A stretch of DNA of 63,438 bases from positions 1 to 63,438 of the forward strand of contig DASQIF010000007.1 of assembly GCA_035631715.1 (NCBI GenBank). The letters are read 5' to 3'. Origin of the DNA: Candidatus Acidiferrales bacterium. Its GTDB lineage: Bacteria > Chloroflexota > Limnocylindria > P2-11E. This document shows positions 1-8,362 of this stretch, one piece after another. The position numbers and the translations under genes were made by a program. Every line of letters begins with the position of its first letter. Positions within the stretch are counted from its first letter, which is position 1. The notes beneath the pieces are model-generated. The model was given only the letters and a program-made list of their open reading frames with translations, had not been told where the DNA came from and ran no database searches.

Positions 1-166
1 CCACGAAGATCAGGACGAGCAGCCCGATCGGAGAGGTTCCGGCGGCTCGGTCGATCTGCAGGCCGAGCCAGGCGCCAACAGCGATCGGGACCGCGATGAT
101 GAATCCGACCTGGCCCAGGATCGCCGCGTTTGAGCGCGCTCCACCCGGGGTGCGGGGTGCGGCCAA
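1..166 (-). CDS. small membrane protein, AtpZ/AtpI-like (5' part only; gene continues past the left edge)
   Basis: Not in the ORF track because it is edge-truncated. The minus-strand frame reads ...SNAAILGQVGFIIAVPIAVGAWLGLQIDRAAGTSPIGLLVLIFV with G/C at nearly every third position. The pattern resembles the 'putative F0F1-ATPase subunit' family. The only candidate start is TTG at 166-164. Confidence 0.3.
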   Translation of the reverse strand, partial: MAAPRTPGGARSNAAILGQVGFIIAVPIAVGAWLGLQIDRAAGTSPIGLLVLIFV

Positions 167-178
167 GGCAACGCGAGT

Positions 179-883
179 CTAGGGGAGCGCGGTCATCCGC
201 GCATTTCCGCCGATCTCAGTCAGGAGGTCGCGGAGCGATGGGAACGCACGCAGTCCGACCGACGCGGCCCAGCCGCGTGCGTCGGTGCTGTCCTCTACCA
301 CGACGGCGCCGGCCGGATCGGTGCCCGAGTCCGCGATGATCGCGGCGTAGTAGCCCGGACCGTTCTTCGTCGTGTCGACGAGGTCGGGACCGTACAGCCG
401 TTCGAAGAGATGACGGATGCCCATCCCGCGCAGATACGGGTCGAGCTCCCACGAGAGACCACCGCTCGCCATGTGAAGCACCATCCCGCCTGACGAGAGC
501 TGGCGCACGGCCTCGACGGCGCCCGGGATCTCGGCGCGGACGCGCTCGGACACCCAGGTGCTCGTCTCGACCGCGAAGCTGACCGGATCGGGCGGCGGCG
601 CGACGCCGACACGCTCGCACATGTCGACGAGCCAGGCGCCGCGGTCGGCTCGGATCCACTCGTGGATCCCGCGAGCGGGCCCCGTCCGCACGCGGTCCAT
701 GTATCGCGACCACGACCGATCGAACGCCGGCCGGTTCGCCTCAGCCCACGCCTCGGGCGTGCCGCCGAGACGCGGCGGCAGGTACTCGCTCAGGAGCCGA
801 CGCCACTGGGGTGCGCGCCGCTCGTTGTCGTTGAGGACGCCGCCGTCGTCGATGAAGACGACGCGGAGATCCGCTAGAGCCAT
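179..883 (-). CDS. HAD-superfamily hydrolase
   Basis: 234-aa ORF. It has an N-terminal VVFIDDGGVLND (HAD motif I-like) and a C-terminal VVVEDS acidic motif. Codon usage is coding-like. Confidence 0.7.
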   Translation of the reverse strand: MALADLRVVFIDDGGVLNDNERRAPQWRRLLSEYLPPRLGGTPEAWAEANRPAFDRSWSRYMDRVRTGPARGIHEWIRADRGAWLVDMCERVGVAPPPDPVSFAVETSTWVSERVRAEIPGAVEAVRQLSSGGMVLHMASGGLSWELDPYLRGMGIRHLFERLYGPDLVDTTKNGPGYYAAIIADSGTDPAGAVVVEDSTDARGWAASVGLRAFPSLRDLLTEIGGNARMTALP

Positions 884-1830
884 CCGCGGCGCTTGAAGTA
901 CACGGCGGTACCGAGCGTGGCGGCGACCATCAACGTCATGATGAGCCAGAAGAGCAGCGGGTCGTCGTACGGGATGAACGTCCAGTTCTGGCCGAAGAAC
1001 CCGGTGACGACGCCGAGGATCAGCAGGACCGTCGCGATCGCGGTGAGGACCTTCATGACCTCGTTGAGGCGGTTCGACTGGGCCGCGAGGTGCGCGTCGA
1101 CGACGTTCGACACGAGATCGCGGAAGGTGTCGACCTCGTCGGTGACGCGGACGACGTGGTCGTACAGGTCCTGGAAGTACGCGCGTCGTCCGGTCTCGCG
1201 CAGCTCCTTGATGTCCCCGCGCACGAGCGAGGCCGCGACGTCGCGCTCCGGGGCGATGACCTTGCGGATCGCGAGCAGGTCGCGCTTCAGCTTGAACAGC
1301 TCGCGGATCGAGGTGGTGGCGTCGCGCTGGTCGCCGTCGATGACCATCGCCTCGATGCGCTCGACCCGATCGCCGAGGCTGTCGAGGACGTCGAAGTAGC
1401 TGTCGACGATCGTGTCGAGGATCGCGTGGAGCAGCAGACCCGTGGTCGCGAGCTTGTTCTCGCGGAAGCGCTTCTCGACGAGCTGGAGCGACGCGATCGT
1501 GCCGTCGTGGACGGTGACCACCGCGTTCTGCTTCACGAAGATCGACAGCTCGCGGTGGACGATGACATCGGCGCTCGGCTCCTCGAGCGCGTACACGACG
1601 ATGAAGTAGTGATCGTCATATTCGTCGATCTTCGGACGCTGGTGCTGGTGCTGCGCGTCCTCGACCGCGAGCGGATGGAGGTTCAGCTCGCTCGCGGCGA
1701 GCGCCAGCTCCTCGCCCTTGGGATCGGCGATGTCGAGCCAGCAGGGATGTTCGGGCCGAAGCTCCGAGAGCTGCTCGGGCGCGTGCTCGGTGACGTGGCT
1801 TTCTTGCTTGACGAGGAGCCGGGCGGGCAT
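874..1830 (-). CDS. corA: CorA-family divalent cation transporter
   Basis: ORF 874..2238 trimmed to the ATG at 1830 (MPARLLVKQ...). The upstream part is an Arg-rich read-through across the receiver gene. The product has a soluble domain plus two C-terminal TM helices. The loop GFFGQNWTFIPY sits where CorA has YGMNF. Confidence 0.85.
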   Translation of the reverse strand: MPARLLVKQESHVTEHAPEQLSELRPEHPCWLDIADPKGEELALAASELNLHPLAVEDAQHQHQRPKIDEYDDHYFIVVYALEEPSADVIVHRELSIFVKQNAVVTVHDGTIASLQLVEKRFRENKLATTGLLLHAILDTIVDSYFDVLDSLGDRVERIEAMVIDGDQRDATTSIRELFKLKRDLLAIRKVIAPERDVAASLVRGDIKELRETGRRAYFQDLYDHVVRVTDEVDTFRDLVSNVVDAHLAAQSNRLNEVMKVLTAIATVLLILGVVTGFFGQNWTFIPYDDPLLFWLIMTLMVAATLGTAVYFKRRGWL

Positions 1831-1853
1831 GGCGCGAGCATATGCGCCGGCAG

Positions 1854-2222
1854 TTACGTAGAGAAGCGACGGACCACGTTCACGAGCTCGCCGGCGTCGA
1901 ATGGCTTCGCCAGGTACGCCTCGGCGTTGCAGCGATCGGCCTCGTGACGCGGATCGCTCGCGGCGGTGAGGATCACGAGCGGCACGCGTCGCAGCGCCAT
2001 GCGCAGCTCGCGCGCGAACGACGGCCCATCGACGCCCGGCATCTGGACGTCGAGCACGACCACCGACGGCGGATCGATCTGGATGGCCTGCATCGCCTCT
2101 GCGCCATCGCGCGCTTCGATCACCCGGAAGCCGTGATGCTCGAGGACCGCGTGCTCGGCCGCGCGCGTCGCTTCGTCGTCGTCGACGACGAGCACCGGCC
2201 GCGGAAAGTGGTTGACGACCAT
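1854..2222 (-). CDS. stand-alone response-regulator receiver domain (CheY-like)
   Basis: ORF 1854..2387 trimmed to the ATG at 2222 (MVVNHFPRPVLVVDDDE...). It has the acidic pocket DDD, the phospho-acceptor context VVLDVQMPGVDG, and the conserved AYLAKPF. There is no output domain. Confidence 0.8.
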   Translation of the reverse strand: MVVNHFPRPVLVVDDDEATRAAEHAVLEHHGFRVIEARDGAEAMQAIQIDPPSVVVLDVQMPGVDGPSFARELRMALRRVPLVILTAASDPRHEADRCNAEAYLAKPFDAGELVNVVRRFST

Positions 2223-2287
2223 GCCACTTAGTAAGCACACGGCGTACCGTGTCGCCGCATGGCTACGAAAGGGGAGTGGAACCAGAC

Positions 2288-3196
2288 GTGAGCGTCGGAC
2301 GTTTGATGGGTGTGCGCGTGCTTGCCGTGTTCGCGCTTCTGCTCGCCGCCTGCGGCGGCGGTCTGACCGCGAGCCCGACACCCGCACCGTCGCCGCTGTC
2401 CGTCGCCGAGCTCAAGTACCGCGTCATGGATGCGGGCGGGCGCATCGAGTTCTGCGACCCGGACTTCTATCCGATCGCGCGATCGAACGAGGACGACCTC
2501 GCCAAGGCGAAGATCGCCGAGATCCAGAAGGACGCCGAGACGTACGCCGCGATCACGAAGCGTGTGGGTACGGACGCGCTCGCCGTCTACCGCGACTGGA
2601 AGGCGCTGAACGCGCTCGTGTTCTCACCCGCCTCGTTCGGCGGTCCCTCGCAGCCGCAGACCGCCTCCTTCAACTACCGCTCGACGGGTGGGCCGAACGC
2701 GACGGCGACGAAGGCCAGCGGGACGCAGTTGGAGGGGACGGTCGACGTCTTCGGCAGGGTCGACATCACGAAGCGCACGACGGTCGGCCCGCTCAACTGC
2801 CCGATCTGCCTCGCGCGTGACACGGAGATCGCCACGCCCTCGGGCGAGGTCGCGGTGCAGGACCTGAAGGTCGGCGACATCGTGTGGACGCTGGCGAACG
2901 GCGTGCGCGTCGCGGCGCCGCTCGTCGCGATCGGCAGCACGCCGGTCCCGACGACGCACGAGGTCGTGCGCGTCGTCCTTTCAGATGGTCGAACGGTGCT
3001 GGTGTCGCCCGGGCACCCGACGGCGGACGGGCGTCACGTGGGCGACCTGCGGGCCGGTGACGAGCTCGATGGCGCGACCGTCGTCAGTGCGGTGCGGGAG
3101 CCCTACGACGGCGGCTTCACCTTTGACGTTCGATCGGCGGGACCGAGCGGCGCGTACTGGGCCGACGGCGTGCTCCTCGGGAGCACGATCCCCTAG
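2288..3196 (+). CDS. lipoprotein with C-terminal Hint (Hedgehog/intein-like) domain
   Basis: GTG at 2288 lies 10 nt after GGGGAG (alternative ATG at 2306). The signal peptide has a lipobox, ...VFALLLAAC. From Cys174 (2807-2809), CLARDTEIATPSGEVAVQDLKVGDIVWT...VLVSPGHP...YWADGVLLGSTIP runs to the stop codon, which is a Hint_2-like pattern. Confidence 0.75.
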   Translation: MSVGRLMGVRVLAVFALLLAACGGGLTASPTPAPSPLSVAELKYRVMDAGGRIEFCDPDFYPIARSNEDDLAKAKIAEIQKDAETYAAITKRVGTDALAVYRDWKALNALVFSPASFGGPSQPQTASFNYRSTGGPNATATKASGTQLEGTVDVFGRVDITKRTTVGPLNCPICLARDTEIATPSGEVAVQDLKVGDIVWTLANGVRVAAPLVAIGSTPVPTTHEVVRVVLSDGRTVLVSPGHPTADGRHVGDLRAGDELDGATVVSAVREPYDGGFTFDVRSAGPSGAYWADGVLLGSTIP

Positions 3197-3732
3197 CCCG
3201 CCACCCACCGGCCGGGGATGACGTGGGTGGTGTCGGCGTAGACCACACCGTCGCGGATCGTCAGCACGAGCTCGTCGAGGTTCCACGGGGTCGGTCCGCC
3301 TGTCTTCTGACCGAAGAAGTCGTAGTTCGAACCGTGGCAAACGTCGTAAAGCATCGGCGGGAACGAGCCCCAGGGCAGCGCGCGCGCCGTGAAGTACTTG
3401 ATGTCGCAGCCGCTCCTCGGATCTACCCCGATGAAAGCGCGAACCTCGTCGCCGTGGCGAACGAGGAACACGGGGAGTTCCTTGACCACACCACGAGGCT
3501 TGCCGAAGTCTGTCTGCCGTGCCCGCGCCGCCTTCAGATCGAGACCGGAGAGGAAGCTGGACGTGACGCGGACGGGCGTGCCATCTGGAAGGGCCGCGAG
3601 CGACGAGAGGGCAATGGCTGCGGGCCGCGTCGCTTGCCGCGGCGACAGCATGGCGACCGTGGCTGCGACCGCGAACGCTGACGCGAGCAGCACAGCCACC
3701 GCGAACATCGCGCGCACGGTGCCACGCGTCAT
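3193..3732 (-). CDS. membrane-anchored Rieske-like domain protein (degenerate cluster-binding motifs)
   Basis: ORF 3193..4458 trimmed to the ATG at 3732 (MTRGTVRAMFAVAVLLASAF...), which overlaps the upstream stop as ATGA. It has an N-terminal TM helix. Box II is Rieske-like (VCHGSNYD, compare CPCHGSxY). Box I is reduced to RSGCDIKY with no His. Confidence 0.55.
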   Translation of the reverse strand: MTRGTVRAMFAVAVLLASAFAVAATVAMLSPRQATRPAAIALSSLAALPDGTPVRVTSSFLSGLDLKAARARQTDFGKPRGVVKELPVFLVRHGDEVRAFIGVDPRSGCDIKYFTARALPWGSFPPMLYDVCHGSNYDFFGQKTGGPTPWNLDELVLTIRDGVVYADTTHVIPGRWVAG

Positions 3733-5558
3733 ACCCCGAGTTCTCTGACCAGGAACGCGATGATCCGGCCGTATGCGTCGTCGGCGTTCTTCTTCTTCGT
3801 GAAGCCGTGGCCCTCGTCGGGATACACGATGTACTCGACGCGACGACCCAGGGCGCGCAGCTTCGCGACGACCTGATCCGACTCCCCCTGCGGCACGCGC
3901 GGGTCGTTGCTGCCCTGCAGGATGAGCATCGGACACTTCACGTTCTCGATATGCGTGATCGGCGATCGCTCGACGAGCCGCGCGCGGTCCTTCGGCAGCT
4001 CGCCGATCCAGCGCGCCAGGAAGCGCCGCCAGTTCGGCTGCGCGTTCTCGAGCATCGTCACGAGATTCGCGACGCCGAAGACGTCGACCGCGCACCGCCA
4101 CACGTCGGGGATCTGCGTGACGCAGAGGAGCGTCGCGAACCCGCCATATGACCCGCCATAAACGGCGAGCCGCTTCTGGTCGAACTCGTTCTGCTTCGTC
4201 ATCCACTCGGTGACGGCGCGCAGATCGCGCAGGTCGATGCCGCCCCAGTCCTTGTGGATGGCGGCCTGCCACGAACGGCCGTACCCGGTCGATCCGTGGA
4301 TGTTCGGCACGACGATGGCGATGCCCGCGTCGATGAGCGCGAGTTGGTGCATCGCCGCCGGCGCGAACGCTGGACGCGACTGCCCTTCGGGTCCGCCGTG
4401 CGGATAGAGGACCGCGGGATAGGGTGCTTTCGCGTTCTTCGGCCGATAGACGAAGCACGGGATGTCGCCCTGGACGCCCGGGATCCGGATCAGCTCGGGC
4501 TCCACGAGTTCAGAAGACGGCACGTTCGTCGTGCTCGTGATAGCGACGCGGGCGTCGCCCGTCGCGGTGTCGAGCGTCCACACCTGCCATGGCTCCGTGG
4601 CCGAGAAGCGCGCGAAGGCCGCGCGCGAGCCGTCGGCGCAGACGACGAGGTCCTCGCATACGCCCTTGATGTCGCGCTCCCGTAGAGGCCCGCCCTCGAC
4701 GCGCCAGCGGATCTTCGAATAGCCGTCCTCGTTCACCGACCAGACCTGCACCCGGCCATCGAGGGAGGACCCCGCGAGCTCGACGTCCCACCCCGAGCGA
4801 TCGACGGTCTCGCGCGCGCCGGTGTTCGGATCGAGCGCGGCGAGCCAGAGATGCTCGGCGTCCTGGTCGGTGATCTCGAGCACGCGGCCGTCCGCGAGCC
4901 ATCCCGCGGGCACGTGCGAGGTGTCCTCGGCGTGGGCCGTGATCTCGCGCGCGTCGCCGGTCTCGGGATCGACGAGCAGCAGGTCCTGCGTGGTGTTGTC
5001 GAGCACGCGCATCACAAGGAGCTGCGCGCCGTCGGGCGACCACCCGCCGACGACGTGCCACGCCTCGCCCGCCAGGAGCACGCGCTCGGCGCGCGAGCGC
5101 AGGTCGGCGACGACGATGTCCATGTCGGTGGAGCGTCGCGCGTTCGATGAGAACGCGACGCGCGTGCCGTCGGGCGATGCGGCGTTGCACGAGAGGAGGC
5201 GCTGCACCTTGCCCGCGGGATCGACCGAGAGCGGCGCGCGCGGTCCGTCGGGATGGCGGACGTACAGCTGGTGCAGCTCGGTGCCGCCCTTGTCGGCCGC
5301 GGCGATGAGCTCGCCGCTCGGGCTCCAGCAGAGGCTCCGCACGGCGTGCTCCTCGACGGTGAGCGCGCGCTGCGCCGTGCCGCCGGTGGGCGGCAGCGTG
5401 AACGCCTCGAACGTGCCGGCGCCCTGATCCGACACGACCGCGAGCTGCGAACCATCGGGCGCCAGCGCGAGCGCGGAGCGGCACGCGAAACGGCGAGTCG
5501 TGTGGGGCACGCCGGCGAGACGCTCGCGGGGCATGAAGTCCGACAGGGGTCGCGTCAC
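3729..5558 (-). CDS. S9-family serine peptidase (prolyl oligopeptidase / acylaminoacyl-peptidase type)
   Basis: 609-aa ORF. It has an N-terminal beta-propeller-like region. The C-terminal alpha/beta hydrolase carries YGGSYGGFAT (Ser), GSNDPRV (Asp) and DEGHGF (His). Confidence 0.85.
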   Translation of the reverse strand: MTRPLSDFMPRERLAGVPHTTRRFACRSALALAPDGSQLAVVSDQGAGTFEAFTLPPTGGTAQRALTVEEHAVRSLCWSPSGELIAAADKGGTELHQLYVRHPDGPRAPLSVDPAGKVQRLLSCNAASPDGTRVAFSSNARRSTDMDIVVADLRSRAERVLLAGEAWHVVGGWSPDGAQLLVMRVLDNTTQDLLLVDPETGDAREITAHAEDTSHVPAGWLADGRVLEITDQDAEHLWLAALDPNTGARETVDRSGWDVELAGSSLDGRVQVWSVNEDGYSKIRWRVEGGPLRERDIKGVCEDLVVCADGSRAAFARFSATEPWQVWTLDTATGDARVAITSTTNVPSSELVEPELIRIPGVQGDIPCFVYRPKNAKAPYPAVLYPHGGPEGQSRPAFAPAAMHQLALIDAGIAIVVPNIHGSTGYGRSWQAAIHKDWGGIDLRDLRAVTEWMTKQNEFDQKRLAVYGGSYGGFATLLCVTQIPDVWRCAVDVFGVANLVTMLENAQPNWRRFLARWIGELPKDRARLVERSPITHIENVKCPMLILQGSNDPRVPQGESDQVVAKLRALGRRVEYIVYPDEGHGFTKKKNADDAYGRIIAFLVRELGV

Positions 5559-5567
5559 GCCGCGATG

Positions 5568-6503
5568 TTAGTTGCGCGAAGCGAGCAAGCGTCCGAGGTC
5601 GGCCGCGTTGCGCACGGCTTTGTCGCCATAGCAGTTGTTCATGAGGAGCTGCACCTCGTCCGCCTCCTCCTCGAGCCTGCGGATCTTCGGCAGCCACTCC
5701 GCGAGCTCGGGCTTCGTGTAGGAGTAATCGAAGCGCTCGGCGGCGGTGAGGCCGGGCTTCTTCCAGTTCTCGGCGTTGCGTCCGTGGAAGCGGACGATCG
5801 CGAGGGGCGCGGTGACGGCGGCGACCGGCGGGATCGATGAGGGGAACCCCTGCGGCTCGTCGACCGACACGTAGGTGAGGCCGTTCTCGCGGAGGAACGC
5901 CAGGGGCTCCTCCTGGTTGCGCTCCTCCATCCAGGTGCGGTTGCGGAACTCGACCGCGAGCGCATCGTCCGGAAGCAGCTCGCGAGCGTGGAGGATCTCC
6001 TCCTTGTTCTTGCGGCCGATCGGGAACCAGTCGGGGTACTGGAGAAGGATCGCGCCGAGCTTGCCGCTCTTGCGCAGCGGCTCGAGCCCGACCCAGAAGC
6101 GCGCGTGTATCTCGTCGAGCACCTCCTTCGGGAAGTCCTTTGGGTAGAGGCGTCGCTTCGCGAGCGCGTCCTTGGGGAGCGCCTCGCGAAGCTCCTTCGG
6201 GAGGCGCTTCGGATCGGTCGGATGCCCGGTGATCGTCCCGAAGGCTTTGAAGTTCATGGTGAAGTTCTCGGGCGTGCGCTCGACCCAGAGCGTGGCCTGC
6301 TTCGAATCGGGGATCGCGTAGTACGACGCGTCGTTCTCGACGAGGTCGAACTTGTCGGCGTAGTAGCGCAGGCGCTCGTCGGGCTTCTTCGCGACGTCTG
6401 GCGGGTACCACCCCGACTCGATGAGCGTCGGGTCGGTCCACGAGCACGTGCCGATCCGGACGGCGGCGTGCTCCTTCTTAGAAGCGGTCCGCTTCGTCGG
6501 CAT
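5568..6503 (-). CDS. DUF72 (YecE-like) family protein
   Basis: 311-aa ORF. The N-terminus VRIGTCSWTDPTL...RLRYYADKFDLVENDASYYAIP is typical of DUF72. Confidence 0.8.
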   Translation of the reverse strand: MPTKRTASKKEHAAVRIGTCSWTDPTLIESGWYPPDVAKKPDERLRYYADKFDLVENDASYYAIPDSKQATLWVERTPENFTMNFKAFGTITGHPTDPKRLPKELREALPKDALAKRRLYPKDFPKEVLDEIHARFWVGLEPLRKSGKLGAILLQYPDWFPIGRKNKEEILHARELLPDDALAVEFRNRTWMEERNQEEPLAFLRENGLTYVSVDEPQGFPSSIPPVAAVTAPLAIVRFHGRNAENWKKPGLTAAERFDYSYTKPELAEWLPKIRRLEEEADEVQLLMNNCYGDKAVRNAADLGRLLASRN

Positions 6504-7587
6504 ACAGCGACGGATCGAGCTCGGCGGCGCGCGCGCTGCGCTGCGCGAGCGCGATCACGACGACGCCGAAGAGCACGACGGCGCCAACGAACGCGAGCAC
6601 CTGGGTGCGTCCGGTCGTCATGAGCGCGAGCGCGCCGAAGCCGAGCGTGAGCGCATAGATCAGCAGCACGGCCTGCGGGTGCGAGAGCCCGACGTCGAGC
6701 AGACGATGGTGGAAGTGACCGCGGTCGGGCGCGAACGGTGGTTGCCGCTGCACCACCCGCCGGAGCAATACATAGAAGGTGTCGATGATCGGCACGCCCA
6801 GCACGAGCAGCGCGGCCGCGACCTTCGCCGTGCCGAAGATGGAGAGCACCGCGAGCATCGTGCCGACGAAGACCACGCCGGTGCTGCCCATGAAGAGGCG
6901 CGCCGGATGGAAGTTGAACAAGAGGAAGCCGAGCGTCGCGCCGGCCAGCGAGAACGCCATCCATGCGACGAACGGTTCGGACACCTGCGGAAGGAGCGCG
7001 ATCGCACCGAGCGTCGCGGCCGCGATCGCGGCGACGCCGGCGGCGAGGCCGTCCAGGCCGTCGATGAAGTTGAGCGCGACGTTCATGCCGACGATCCAGA
7101 AGAACGTGATCGCGATCGCGATGGGCGTCGCGAACTGCAGGATGCCGGAGCCGAACGGGTCGTCGACGAAATCGATGCGGATGCCGGCGCGGACGATGAC
7201 CGCGGAAACCACCAGTAGGCCGAGGAACTGCCAGCGCGCGCGCAGCTCGAACGCGTCGTCGATGAAGCCGAGCGTCATGCCAAGGAGCGCCGCGATCGCG
7301 GTCTGCGTGAAGCGCGACGAGCGGACCTCATCCGGGATGAGGAACGGTCCGCCGGCGAGGCGGTCGATGACCCAGAACGTCGCGATGGTCAGGCCGAACG
7401 CGAGCGCGATCGCGAGCCCGCCGGGCCTCGGGATGGGGCGCGGGTGCGTGCGCCGGCCGCCCGGGATGTCAAGCATCCCGATCCGCTCGGCGAGGCGCGC
7501 GATGAACGGCGTGATGCCGGCCGCTAGGGCGCACGCGAGCAGAGCGGAGCCAACGAAGAGGACGACGGTCACGGATGCGTAGGCCAC
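6478..7587 (-). CDS. glycosyltransferase family 4 (MraY/WecA-type undecaprenyl-phosphate sugar-phosphate transferase)
   Basis: 369-aa polytopic membrane ORF. It contains ...ERIGMLDIPGGRRTHPRPIPRPGGLAI..., IDDAFEL and NFIDGLDGLAAG motifs. Confidence 0.85.
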   Translation of the reverse strand: MAYASVTVVLFVGSALLACALAAGITPFIARLAERIGMLDIPGGRRTHPRPIPRPGGLAIALAFGLTIATFWVIDRLAGGPFLIPDEVRSSRFTQTAIAALLGMTLGFIDDAFELRARWQFLGLLVVSAVIVRAGIRIDFVDDPFGSGILQFATPIAIAITFFWIVGMNVALNFIDGLDGLAAGVAAIAAATLGAIALLPQVSEPFVAWMAFSLAGATLGFLLFNFHPARLFMGSTGVVFVGTMLAVLSIFGTAKVAAALLVLGVPIIDTFYVLLRRVVQRQPPFAPDRGHFHHRLLDVGLSHPQAVLLIYALTLGFGALALMTTGRTQVLAFVGAVVLFGVVVIALAQRSARAAELDPSLYADEADRF

Positions 7588-7681
7588 GATACCGCTCCCT
7601 CAGCAGGGCACGTTCCAGCCGACGCACGGCGCCGTCTGCCGACCCGATTGCGGGTGGGCGCCGCGGAGGCTATCGTCCGCC

Positions 7682-7715
7682 CCGAACTGATATATGAAAC
7701 AGGCTTCAGGTTCGG
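7682..7715. promoter_or_regulatory. imperfect inverted repeat, candidate TetR operator
   Basis: CCGAACTGA-(15 nt AT-rich tatatgaaacaggct)-TCAGGTTCGG. The arms match 9/10 with a single-nt bulge. It ends 3 nt before the ATG at 7718 of the TetR gene, in the divergent spacer with the WecA-like gene. Confidence 0.35.
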
Positions 7716-7717
7716 CG

Positions 7718-8362
7718 ATGGTCGCGCGGCGCGGCGAACGGGCCAAGCGTGGCGCGGTCATCCCGCTGCCGACGACGGCCCGCGGCCAGCGGACGCGGCA
7801 GAAGCTCATCGATTCCGCCGAGGCGGTTTTCGGCGAGCGCGGCTTCCATAACGCCGGCATCGTCGAGATCACGCAGCGCGCCGACGTCGCTCTTGGGACG
7901 TTCTATCTGTACTTCCCGGACAAGCGCTCGATCTTCGAAGACCTGGTGCACACGCTGAACACGCGGCTGCGCCGAACGATCGCCGCGGAGGTCCGCGAGA
8001 TCGACGATCGGCTCGAGCAGGAGGTCGTCGGCTTCGAGACGTTCTTCGAGTTCGTGCGCAAACACCGCAACTTGTACCGCGTCATCCTTCAGGCCGAGAC
8101 CGTCGACGACGATCTGTATCGCTGGCACTACCGGACGCTCGCCGAGGGTTACGTGCAGGGGCTGCGAAAGGCGCAGGCCGCCGGTCAGGTCCGGTCCGAC
8201 CTCGACGCGGAGACGCTCGCGTACTCCCTCATGGGAATGGCCGAGTCGCTCGGCTCGCGTTACGTGCTGTGGGACGGCAAGCGGCCGCCGGCCGCCACGC
8301 GGCGCACCATCCGCGCGTTCCTCGAGAGCGGTCTGCGCGGAAAGCCCAGGCGGAAGTCATGA
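7718..8362 (+). CDS. TetR/AcrR-family transcriptional regulator
   Basis: The HTH region is RTRQKLIDSAEAVFGERGFHNAGIVEITQRADVALGTFYLYFPDKRSIF. The ORF-track start at 7694 is followed by 8 codons with low GC3, so I prefer the ATG at 7718. Confidence 0.85.
   Translation: MVARRGERAKRGAVIPLPTTARGQRTRQKLIDSAEAVFGERGFHNAGIVEITQRADVALGTFYLYFPDKRSIFEDLVHTLNTRLRRTIAAEVREIDDRLEQEVVGFETFFEFVRKHRNLYRVILQAETVDDDLYRWHYRTLAEGYVQGLRKAQAAGQVRSDLDAETLAYSLMGMAESLGSRYVLWDGKRPPAATRRTIRAFLESGLRGKPRRKS

Noticed and set aside
2807-3196. Possibility that the Hint region is a true (splicing) intein or a mobile intein with a homing endonuclease
   Set aside because: The domain ends at the stop codon with no C-extein and no terminal His-Asn plus nucleophile. 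At about 130 aa it has no room for an endonuclease domain.
4510-6447. 645-aa minus-strand ORF, one of the longest in the track
   Set aside because: The translation is Arg/Ala/Pro/Gly-rich low-complexity sequence with no motifs. It runs out of frame across two well-supported genes on the same strand (the S9 peptidase and DUF72). This is a typical stop-codon-poor artefact of very GC-rich DNA.
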